Assembly: GCA_973895155.1 (NCBI GenBank)
Contig: OZ316893.1
Coordinates: forward strand, 11,227,660-11,291,659
Direction: 5' to 3'
From: Marsupella aquatica
Taxonomy: Eukaryota > Plantae > Marchantiophyta
DNA length: 64,000 nucleotides
A program made the position numbers and the translations under genes. Below, piece by piece: positions 11,579 to 23,080 of the stretch. Numbering within the stretch: the first letter of the stretch is position 1; the number at the start of each line of letters is the position of its first letter. Below the pieces are notes generated by a model. That model worked only from the letters and a program-made list of their open reading frames with translations. It ran no database searches and was not told the DNA's origin.

Positions 11579-12764
11579 TTGGAATCTCGAGGTCCTTCCC
11601 GACTCCAGCCTCCCTCATGTACAAAAAGGATGCTCAGACTATCTTTCAAGTAGACCTCATTCTCAACCCGCTCATGAGTAACAGTTGTGACATACCCCGT
11701 CCTCCCGTGAACGATCAGTATCGACTCCCTAATTGACCTTGACTGTCTCCGCAATTCAACCGAATCTCACTCCACTCGAAATAATTCACCACAACATCTT
11801 TGAGAACTCTATGATCTCAACCATCAGACATCGATTCGACTAATCATTGTGAAAATCGACCGCAATCTTATCGATTCGTCGAATCCATACAAACAACAAA
11901 TTGGTGTAGTCAACGAGGCGCGTAAACGCGTTTCTTCCAATTTCACACGAGCCTACGCTTCGTGATCAAGACCACCGTGTCACTTTCAGCACGAGACCAC
12001 AATAACAGCCCGCCACCGAGTACGAATCATGAGACCACTCGAGCACAACTGCACAAGCAAACTTCCCTCGAAAGAAGAAGAGCATTACCGCATTCGATTC
12101 ATGGGTCACACTCGTAAGCAAGCTCCCACGAGCTGGAGGAGCACAACCACAAGCTTGGCGGCACTGAAGCAGCAGCAGAAGATTGAAAAAGCTCGGAGAA
12201 TTTACGAACTTGATGACTACCGTCTACCGTAGTCTCTGATAGTCTGATCAGTGAGCTCCAGAGTACAAATGAAGCTCGGAGCTCAAAAACTACTAATGAA
12301 TGGTGATGTGCCGTAGGTAGGTGGTGAGGTTTGCAAGGTAATAAAGGGTGCCATTACTCTGTTCCTCGTCAAGGCAAAGTTGACGACACTGGGGATTTAT
12401 TAGACACCGTCCTCATCGGCTGCGGAATGAATGGCTGACTCTGAATGGCAGGACGAACAGGGCATGGCAGTCTCACGCAGATCTGAGCAGTCTGGAACTC
12501 TGGACTGTGACTCTGGGGAGTGTGTACGTAAATTGGTCTGACGACGTGAGAATCTAACTTTCTTTCCTCGAAGTCTCGAACCGACAGTTGAGGTCTGACC
12601 TTCGCGACGACGCCTCTGCAAAATGCGGTGAATCTACGTCACTACACATCATGGTTCCACTTGACTGCAAATTGCTGCTCCTCACAATGACACAATCCTT
12701 CTTCCTTAAGGCATGGCTGTGACTTTGTTCTCATCTCTCGTCCGCTACATTAACCTTTCTTGTG

Positions 12765-12920
12765 TGCTCTACATTAACCTTTCTTGTATGCTTTGTTTCC
12801 TGGCACTATAGGGGGTCTCAAATATGGGCCTGTCATTGGTGTTCTCTACATAAACCTTTCTTGTATGCTTTGCTTCCTGGCACTATAGGGGATCTCAAAT
12901 ATGGGGCTATCATTGGTGTT
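12765..12920. repeat. ~75-bp tandem duplication
   Basis: CTCTACATWAACCTTTCTTGTATGCTTTG..TCCTGGCACTATAGGGG..CTCAAATATGGG...TCATTGGTGTTC occurs twice. Confidence 0.8.
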
Positions 12921-13629
12921 CCATTGCCCGTGATGTGATGAGGGCCCCCCGAACACAGCACCCAGGCACTATATTCAAATAGTGCCCAATGGGGCGTTAT
13001 ATTCTAATAGTGTGCCCAGGGCGTTGTGTTTGAGTTTTGACACTATGTTTTGGCTATGTTTTGGAATTTTTTAACCTTGTGGCGTTATGTTTGAATAGTG
13101 GCGTTGTGTTCAAACTTAGACATTGTGATGAATTTAGGATGTAAACAGGAATAATAGGCATACTATAATTTAGGGTGTAAGCAGGAATGAAAGGCTAATG
13201 CTTTCAGACCATTTCAGCCCTGGCCAAATTTGGTGAGACAAAATAGAATAACGGTTTAGAAAATAATTCTCTGATTTCTACTACATTTGCACATAGATGT
13301 AACTATATGCAGAGTTGTCAATTGAGTATGTGTGGGCAATATTGCTCCTAGCATTGTTGTCAATATGTGATGGCTATCAAAGGCTTTTTGTTTACTTTGA
13401 TTATGTCTTGATTGTAATTCATAAACTTGCACTTTTTGTGTTCAATTCTGTCAAGATTAGGAAAAAACTCAAACACAACCCTGAACATTCAAACACAACG
13501 CCATATTTGAACACAATGCCCAGGTGTTGTGGTAAAATGACGTTGTGTTTGAGTTAAAACGGTTTTTTCTTACCAAGACTTAAAAATTTCAAATTTTGAA
13601 CATGGCGCCCTGTTCAGGGGAAGACGGTA
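12920..13629. mobile_element. Degenerate pogo/Tc1-mariner-like MITE
   Basis: Right end GGGGAAGACGGTA (TACCGT-type terminus). Internal inverted reiterations GGCGTTGTGTTTGA / TCAAACACAACGCC. Left end is degenerate. Confidence 0.5.
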
Positions 13630-15840
13630 GGCAAGTTTATCGGCAGTAAGGAATTTTGCACCTCAATGGTTATGGGCCCATACGTGTGACTTTTGGGTGG
13701 AGGAACTACTATAGTCGTGCTAGAGTGGGTTTAGCACCAGAACTTCCTCAACATACTGAGAAGAGTAATTGGGAATTGGACTTACAGGCTGGTTCAGCTA
13801 TACTAACTTGCTCCCCAATGGACCAGACAGCAGACCTCTTGGAGTGATCTTATATTGGGAAAGGGGCACACCCTTTCTCATCTAAACATCTATTTAAACA
13901 CTATATTATGCAACCTTGCCTAGTTTCTTCTTTCTCATGGTCTGTGTATGAAATGTAGTTCTAGCTGGCAAAATATTCCTCGCCATTCTATTATGGTGGC
14001 ATTCCGAGTGGCGTGTTTCTTTAAGTATGACATGGACCTAAACTAAGGCACCACTTTGCACCTTTCCATGCCTCACCCGTTACTTGCACATTCTTCAAAT
14101 CCAGTTGCCAGTCCTACCTGAAGCCTGCCACCAAATTTTACAAGGGAGGGAAAAAAGGGTAAGGGCAACTGTGTTTAATTGCTGCCCTCTTCCCTCAATG
14201 CCCAATCTGTGAGACCTAGGAGCTTGAATGTTGCAGCATTTTGGAGCTTTCGGGGAAGAGGGCTATGTCCATAAACTCTGAAAGTTGCTACCCGAGTCAC
14301 CACAATAGCTTTCTTTGGACAGCAGAGGTCTGCGGCTGCAACTAGGTCTTAAAGTGTTACAGAGAAAGATATTGGTTTGGATACCAAGTTGACTTCGTTC
14401 TAGTCATGGCTTGGGGGCTATCCTGCTGGTTCAAACTCTCTGTTGGGAGCCAGTAGGTTTGGAGTTCAACTCGCCAACGGGAACTTTTGGGTTTGGGGCA
14501 ATAATATATATTGAATTGTTCCTGGAAATCATGAGGGCTAACGAGACTCCAGCTAATGGGTTCATGTGTTGTGGAGAATGTAGGACTGTCAGCGTCTGAA
14601 AGGAATGTGCGTTTTCAGCTCATCTATTTATTCTATCTGCTGTACCTGAGTCAATAGTTGGGGAGACTTGTTGCATCAGCTCGAGTACAATAATGTAGTT
14701 GTTGTTATTATTCTTACTGTGGGGGGAATGGACCATACTGTGCCAACCTGTTTCTATTTTAAAGTTCTTCTGGCAAATCAAATTGCCAAGCCCTAACGAC
14801 TTTGGTATGAACAAGAGGAGCATTGAATTGTGATTGCTTCTCCTTGTGACTGATATGTACATTTGAAATTAACAAAGGGAGAAAGGGGAATGAAAAATCC
14901 AACCCAAGCAAATAGACATCACCCAAAACATAGAAACACCATAATGTGCAATCCAGCTCTTTCTTTCCCGTGGTGTATTTGCCAAATGTGATTCTGGAAC
15001 CTCCTTGTGAATTTGATTATGGTGGCCATTTTTCCTGGCCAATTGATAGGTCCAAAGATGTCAATGTGCACTTCTTCCATGCCTCATAGAAAACCTCTAC
15101 ATGGATGACCAAAGAGGGTTCTGGTCTAGTAGAACACACACTCTTCACTTTAGTTCTTGGATAGTTTGCCAACTTTAACAACTTTATCATGTTTTACTTT
15201 GTATTTTTCAAACAAACAAAAAATGTGACTGTCCTTATTTTTGAAACAAACTAATCTAGAAAAACCTGGCAATAACATTTTGAAATAATCACATATACAT
15301 AATTTGGATTTTACATCCCATCAGTAGGGTTTTACTCTTTTAATAGGTCTCTCGCTCTTGGTCTCATTGTCCGGGTTTAGTCCTTTTTGTTCTTTGGATA
15401 TACATACACTGTTCTTTGTAATTAGTGTGACTAACACTAATTTGAGAGTTCCAATTGTCAAGGTTTACTCACTAAGTAGTGTTAGTCACACTCAGTTAAT
15501 TTGTGCTAACATTATTATTTTCCATGCACATGAATTAGTGTTATTGTGGTCTCAAGAGTAAAACAGAAAAAAAAACTATTTTGAAAGATTCACAAGAATT
15601 AGTGTTACTTTGGACTCAAAATCATCTACTTTCTATTAGCAATTTAGACAGAAATGGAAATTTTCATATCACAAAACTGACTTAAGTAAGTGTTATTTAG
15701 AGTCAAAGTAGTTTTTACCAAAATTAGTGTTCTTAATATTAATTTTGTATTAATGCTAATTCTTGCATAACACTAATTATGATGAAAACTAATTCAGTTT
15801 GTTCAAAATGATGCTCCCATATACCACAACGTTGGTCTTT

Positions 15841-16229
15841 TGAAGCCCCCATGGACCACATTTCCCAATATTTGAGTTTAATTGTAATAACTTGATGCTC
15901 ACAAAGTCAAATATTTTTTAGTTTTGAGGATAAGCTAGAGGATAAGCTCGAGGAATAGCTACACTTCCATCAAAATGACACTGAAATCTTGACCATTTGG
16001 TTGAGTTATTCATCATGGAATGTGAAGAGATAAATTCTATTAGATTTATTTTCATTGTGTTAATATGAAATATTAGGGCTTGGGGTTTTGGAGTGTCTCC
16101 TCCTTTTTTTGGTTGCCTTGTAGGTGAAAAACTAAAAATGATCTTAAGATTCATAAACATCAAGTTATAAGCCTCAAACTAATGTGGCCCATATGGACGG
16201 TGTCCAATATGGAAGTCCATAGGGCTTCA
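15841..16229. mobile_element. Putative MITE with imperfect terminal inverted repeats
   Basis: TGAAGCCCCCATGGAC...GTCCATAGGGCTTCA, with inner ATAACTTGATG / CATCAAGTTAT inverted pairs. Confidence 0.45.
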
Positions 16230-17045
16230 CTTTCTAGTTTTTGTTAGGTTAATAAAATAGAGTACATTTTATATCATCCGCAAGAGTCGAAGAACCTATT
16301 TATTTGCACGAAACAGCCCCAGATCATGGTAAGAAACAATTGACTCGTATAAATATTTGCAATAATGTGGTTTCACTGGATTAGGTGCCTTGATTGCGAA
16401 TCGAACCCACGTGAAGTGGAGGTCATGGTTCTGACTTTCACCTGCTACCCACCTTTCCATCCCCAAAAGGGATAACCAGCAAACTTTGTAAAAGGTTACA
16501 TCCTTTTCCATCGTTAATGATTACTTCCAGATTTTAAGGAATCTTAAATCTACCCAACTATTTCCAGCAAGCATGACCATTGATACGACATGCTCAGAAG
16601 GCGATCCTGACCGTCGTCATATTGAGCTGATTTTAGTGTTTTGGAGTGAACACAGTAAAAGCTGTGGATTTCACCTGCATTCTGCATTCCTTTAGCACCA
16701 AGGTGTTAATGTAACCTTGCGTTCACAGTCCCGTTAACATTTGTCATGAGCTTTCGTATCTGCTTGTTCACAATTCACAGTCGATCTGAGAAAACAATGG
16801 CATCTAGCATGCCCAAGTTTTAACTTGCTTCTAGACTTTCAAAACTTGAAGATGTGAAGTACGTTGCCAAAATGTTGCTTCCAGACTTTCAGAAATTGAA
16901 GCCCCAGGAGACCTCCATGTTTGCCAAAATGCTTGGATAAGGGTTTGTATCCTGGATGGACTGCAACAAAAATCTATTTTCTGCTGATATAGTACATATT
17001 ACACAGATAGTGAAATGTGGCAAAGAAAACGGGACTGTCATGTTT

Positions 17046-17308
17046 GGTATTTTTAAGTTTTTCAATTCTCAAGCAAATTTGATTAGACTCAACTCGTTGG
17101 AAATATCTTTCCAAGCAGTTTCTAGCTTACCCCAAAAAAGACTTCAAATGTTGGCTTTTAAGGGGGATACCAAATGTCGGTATTTTTAAGTTTTTCAATT
17201 CTCAAGCAAATTGATTAGACTCAACTTGTTGGAATTATCTTTCGAAGCCGTTTCTAGCTTACCCCCAAAAAATACTTCATTGGCTTTAAAGGGGGATACC
17301 AAATGTCA
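17046..17308. repeat. ~132-bp tandem duplication
   Basis: GGTATTTTTAAGTTTTTCAATTCTCAAGCAAA...GGGGATACCAAATGTC is repeated twice with few differences. Confidence 0.85.
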
Positions 17309-17635
17309 AAATTAAGTAAATAAAAAATTATTATTTTTGATAAAGATCTGGGTTGTGATTAATGATTGTGAGACGAGAAAGCAACAAAAATGTTTCCTCT
17401 CTTCTCCAGCACATAAAAGGAATCGTCAAAATTAGAGATTCCTCGTACGTTCATTGTAAGTATCAATATATAAGTATCTGAATGTCTGTTTGAGATTCTA
17501 ATCTACCTTAAAAATCTTCTAGGTTGCAGCTATTATTTGGAAGCCGAGTCCTAATGGGTTACCCTCAAATTGCACAAAATCACTAAGTTGCCCCCAAAAC
17601 TAATATAATTAGTAAGCTGCTCTCGTAGATAAGTA

Positions 17636-19086
17636 TAGGTATATGCTTAATCAACCCACTCTGGACAGTTTCTTACTTCATAAACCTCCTATGTTCAGAT
17701 CTGCCACAATCGACCCCCTCTGACAATTTCTTACATATAGTGCTTGGGATGAGCATTACAGGGAGACTTTACCATGGTGAACTCTAATTTTCTATCATAT
17801 GAGCCTGTGGTCTTGTCCGTAGTATGCTGCAATTATGTCGAGATAAGAGTCGGCCCACAATCCACGCGTGATAAGATCGGATGACACCGGACGCAATCGT
17901 GGATACTTTTGTGTTTGAAGACAAAACTAGTATAGTCTTCAAACATTTAGGGGTCTCCAAGAGGGTCTCCATTTGTCTGAAGTTTAGAGGTAATAAAATT
18001 GGGCTACTATCTCCATAATGTTCACATATAGTTGCTTGTTGAGAATCTTTATCAGTGCATTCCACTAGAGACAAATCTATGTTTGGATCTCACTCACAGA
18101 AAATGCTTTGCTAGATCTCTTTGACACCGATCAATTTGCTAAATCGGCACACTTGCATTCAGAAATTATTAAATGTTCTCAAAATGTTTCCAATCTTTAT
18201 ACCGCAAGACCATTATGACAGCCAAGAATCCAAACACTTGTAAAATTCTCCAAAATCCTTGAAGTGTTTGCCGTTTTGAATTTGAGTTGCCTTTGCTTCC
18301 ATTACCAGCAATTGAACTAAGACACTTTGCATTATGTACTCTCAACAAAGTGTATTTACTAGAACAAACATATAAACAACAATTGATGACAACATCAAAT
18401 TCTTACACACTTTCTTATAGGCTTCCCATCAGTTATCCTGGCCACATCCTAAACCCATGTGCAATTGCGTCATGTTTTTGGGAGCGTTCTATCTTGTAGT
18501 GATAAAATGTCACATTAAAGAATGTCCACTTCAAATAGATCCCCTCTATGCCAAAGATGCACAATGACATCAAAATCTCCAACACTGATATCCCTAAGTC
18601 GACCTCACACCACTACAATTTATGTCATCTAGATTGCATGCAAACTCTAACAAAAAGAGACTGAGCTTCCCAATAACCCCCAATACAATAGATTCCCACA
18701 AACCTCATGACCAATTATAGAAGTCATTGTGACAGAATGTGAAACAATGAACATTTGGACCAAGTTATGTGAGGACAATTCAATAATGAACATCTGAAGA
18801 CATAACACGTATTGTCTTCACATAATTTCTGAAATCCTTGATGATTGTCGTCGCGGCGCGGCCGACCCTAAATGAAGCATTTGACGGTTTGGTCAAGTTG
18901 CTTGCACCCATGGACAGGTTCAGGTAAACTGCAATTGCAATACACAGCATGTCATGAACCATAAACTATCAAAGGGGGTTGATTGGGTAACAAACATACT
19001 TTGGGGGGTCGATTGGGGCAGATTTGAACATAGGGGGTCAATTAAGCAGAAAACAGTCCAAAGGGGGTTGATTAAGCATATACCTC
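17636..19086. mobile_element. Non-autonomous Mutator-like element (1.45 kb)
   Basis: ~85-bp TIRs (AGGTATATGCTTAATCAACCC... / ...GGGTTGATTAAGCATATACCT) flanked by a perfect 10-bp TSD TAGATAAGTA (17626-17635; 19087-19096). Confidence 0.9.
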
Positions 19087-19389
19087 TAGATAAGTATTAA
19101 CCACCCACACATTCCAGCTAGCTATTTGAGTGATTTATGGCAGTCTGATTACTTGAAGGGGGTAATAGAGTAACTGAATGAGTTTAGGTGCAACTTAGTG
19201 ATTTTTCTCAATAATGGGAGTGACATAGTTAAAAATGCTATTTCTAAAACTAGTAGAATGCTACTGTAGCTCCAAAATAACAGCCATTGATATTGGTGAA
19301 CTAAATTGCTCTAAATTGCTTGTAGAGTAGGGTACTGGTTCCCTTTCCAACATCCTGTCCAACATGCTCTCTGGTCACCTTCTAACTCC

Positions 19390-20123
19390 ATTTGGGATCA
19401 CCTGTTCTCTTGTTCTGGTTTGGGTTCTGGTCCCTGGCTATCTGCTAGTCCTTTGTGGGCCCCCTTCCACATGAGCTTCTTTCTCTTTGCACCTTCAACT
19501 GGCCCTTCTTCACCCCTGTCTCTCGGCCAACTCACATGCATTTGTTAGGCAACTTTGGACCCTAGGGGTGTTGACTTCATATTCTCAGGTGTATCTGTAG
19601 GAGCAAGCGGACTGCGGGCTCATGATGACATTCAAGATCTGGTGGCGGCCATTGCCTGGGACTCTGGGGCTACCATGCTGCCATGGAGAAACTACATGCT
19701 CACCCTCCCCCCCACTCCCCAAGGATATATGGCATTCCCAACTTACAATGGGTAGACCTGTTGTTTTCTCACGCTGGAGTACGCGCCCTTGTTATGGTGG
19801 TGGTTGATCCCACTATTGTGAGCGACATTGGCGGTTGTGCCTGGACATGCTGCAACCAAGGCTAGTTGGCTCAAGGAGGCCTACTCTGTTCGCTACCCAC
19901 GGGATTTTTTCTACCCTTTTGCTCTTACTGGAGGTTTTTGGTGCTCGTCATCCTTGCTTTGAACAGTTTCTTCAAGCTTGTGCGGTTTTTTGTATTGAGC
20001 AGAGGCCCTTTCCCCCTGTTTATGTTCTCACGACTTCTTTCAACAGAGGGTGTCGGTAGCACTTCAGACTCGGGGGCCTCACTCCAAGGGAGGTCCCATA
20101 TTACGTGTGAAGTTTTCAAGTAA
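19390..20123 (+). mobile_element. 3' fragment of a CRE-like non-LTR retrotransposon (zinc-knuckle + restriction-like endonuclease), decayed
   Basis: Across frameshifts: DPRG..HILRC...AHDDIQD...VDLLFSHAGVRALVMVVVDPT...FLPF...HPCFEQFLQACA, the layout of RLE-type LINE C-termini as recalled from bryophytes and ferns. Confidence 0.6.
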
Positions 20124-21949
20124 TAGGCACTGACCCTAAAACTTCAGAAAATAAATTAAATTTTTAACATATTTAACCCCTAACTTTAGTATTAAAAACC
20201 CCTACAGTTCTTATAATTCTCAAAATTTGATTAAAATGCCTCTATTTTTCCTCCCTTAAAGTCTTTCGTCTAATTAAATTGAAAAACCCTTAATGTCTTC
20301 GGGCGCAATGGGCTGGAAGAAAAGAAGTGAGAACCCGGGGAATTCAGAGGGCTCAGGCTTTCGCCATTCTTTGTGAGCTGAGGCGGACCGGTTGGTTTTA
20401 GGGTCTCTAGACAGATTCCTATCCACCCTGTTGTGCGGTTTACTTCAGAGCTCTATCAGGCTTTCCAATTCTATGCTCAAGTAGAGTCTTAGACCTTAGT
20501 TGGCTTGCTTGTAGTTTTTTTTGTTGTTGTGGGGGACTCACTGGTTTGTTGGGCCTTGATCTGTGGCATTCTCAAGGTCTTTCCATTGCCCCTCCCTTTA
20601 GGGGGTCCTTTCACCTTCGGGATCTGTCTACCTGTTTGGCATTCCTGTATTTTGGCAATTTGATGTACATATGTCAAAGCCACCCTCCCAATTGACCCCA
20701 GCTGACCAATTCAATCCTTGAAATTGCTCTTGGCCTCTTGGGTATTTCATCCTAGCTGCCACAGAAAAGGAATATCAGGCAGGCCATCACTCCTGCAAGA
20801 GCCTGCGGCCACCTGGTGTACAAGAAAGGGGGAAGACAAGGCATACAAGCATACCTTTTCCCCACTAGGTAGGAAAAACGTCTAACTTCTTATTGGCAGC
20901 TCTGGATGCCAACGCTTTTAGCTCGAGTCAAATTCAAAGCTTGAGTTCTAAATAAAAAAAGAAAATGAGCTTGCTTGTCAAAAAGTTCACACTCGAATCA
21001 AGCTCAGTTGGTCAACTTTCCTCTCGAGACCAAAAGTAAAAAGAAAAGGAACCTCAGACTGGAAAAGTTGGTTAAAGTCATTTCCCATAGCCTTGCGTCT
21101 TCTGTGTGGTTTGTACTCGAACCATAAATAGACTTGTAAGTAAGGTGGCCAAATTGTGGATTATTATTTAGACACTGGTCCTGAACCCTAAACCTGAAAA
21201 CGATGACCATAGACAGAAACCACATAGTTGGGACAAACTAATTAGGAATATTCCCCATGACATCGTGAGTAAAATGGGGTTCTGACTTGCAAATATGCAT
21301 GGGAACATTTTGACAAACCTAGTGGTCTGTCGGGCTTCATTTTCTAGCCAACCTGCTTGGACTTCAAATGGGTGTTGAAACTTGCTGGGTAGGTTGAGTG
21401 TAGTCTTTTCAGCCTAACTACTCAGGATTGAAAAAGAGGCTGCAACTGCTACAAGCGTTCAAGGTAGTGAAATCTTTAGAGTGTTCCCTTTTTCGATCAC
21501 CAGTGTGGCAAATGTCAAGGCGTGTGAAGGAAAAGATGCTAATCACATTCTCTTTTCTGATTTTCCTGAATTGTTTTGTGAGCCTTAATTAGGTTTCTCT
21601 AAATCTAAAGAGACGTTAGATTCTAGCTGATGGGGCCTATGACTACAGGAGGCGGGAAACTGGCCAATAGTACATAGAAAAACTAGGAAATTATGGCCAA
21701 AAAGTAGCTAAACTTGTTTAGAGAGGTGGAATGTAGTGAATTTTCACTATGCTTGACTCTAAATCACTGGCTGATATGCTGGAGCATAATGAGATAATTT
21801 CACGAACGAGACAACTTTGAGTGCCCCACGACCTCAATCATGAATCAATCTCTCTATGTGCGCAGTTCTGCTGAAGCACGATCAGACAATTCTAGAATAG
21901 GACGACTTTGAGTACATAGCAATGCCCACTACCTCAGGTAGAGTTTCAT

Positions 21950-23080
21950 GAGTAAATCTATATCTGAATGCCACAATTGAAGGTTAGTCTTTAAGGTTAC
22001 CCAGACAACATTGATCATTCTTACGGTCACGTCGTCCATTAACATATAACTCAAAAATCTTTCGATCAATCCAAGGTAAACAGGTCGTTCTGCATCCAAG
22101 GCAGGTCCTTTACGACGAAGTTTACAGAAACACCATCGCTTTTCGCACGAATTGAACAGACTGGGGTACCGGACGACTGGTCTTCCTGAGACCTGACTGG
22201 ATATGTGCCACCACTGCCAAATTGCCGATCAGCCAGGACCAGCCACGTTAATGGAAAAAAATCTCGATGGATTGACAGATCCATTGAAAGTGTTTCTGTC
22301 TGACTCGTCAGGTTTCATTTCACGGTCCATTGGCTCGACAGCAGCAGCCTACCGCCCAACTAGTGATGACTGCTGTGGGTCGCTGCAATTGTGTACACTG
22401 TACAGTGCTTGACTACTTTAGTGAGGCTCTTCCTCATATCCTGTACTGTACTTGACTGGACCGAACTGAGGAACCGAAGTTGTAATTTGATATGTCTGGA
22501 CATTTCCGGGCCTACCGTGGTAAACAATTCCCAGATATATTTACGGGGAGTGATAACCTCACATGGATGTGCAACCCAAGTCATTTTTGTTCTTGAATAA
22601 GATTCTAGGTGTACTTGCCCTGTCGTTGGTTTTGGTGGACGTAGGCAGTCAATCAGGATTCCAATCTCCGGTTTGAGAATTTTATGCCAGAATTATCGAT
22701 TTTGTTGTTGATTCGTGTTAGTGACGGATCCTGCTGATGGGGTGCAGAGATCTGCGTTCTCTGTAAGTCATAGTCTTCACAAGGGTAGACGACCTCCCGA
22801 CCAGTTGGGAGTTTTAGGGCAGATGCTGATGAGTCTCCAAAGGAGTGCGAAGTGCAATGGATCTCTACTTCTCTCCTCTTCGCTCGTGCGAGCTACACAG
22901 CATCCATCTGCGTTGCATCATGCCTTCTTCCTCTTCCACGGGAAGTCCAGGGTCCTTCGTCAAAGATTCTGAGGGAGGTCGATCATCGAAAGCATCTTCA
23001 AATTCTGTCCACTGGACTGGATGTGGACTCCAGCTAGTACCAGCAGCCAGTTCCAAAATAATGGAGGGCTCAAAGTAGTG
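21950..23080 (-). pseudogene. Fragmented intronless coding-like relic, family unknown
   Basis: Consecutive minus-strand ORF pieces (22865..23056, 22360..22584, 22066..22284) with protein-like composition, broken by stops and frameshifts. Confidence 0.3.

Noticed and set aside
10713-11653. Plus-strand ORFs of 141 and 197 aa
   Set aside because: Antisense shadows of the GC-rich 294-aa gene.
13630-14620. Possible L1 LINE 3' remnant
   Set aside because: Only faint Trp-rich/ERN hints; no continuous motif could be reconstructed.
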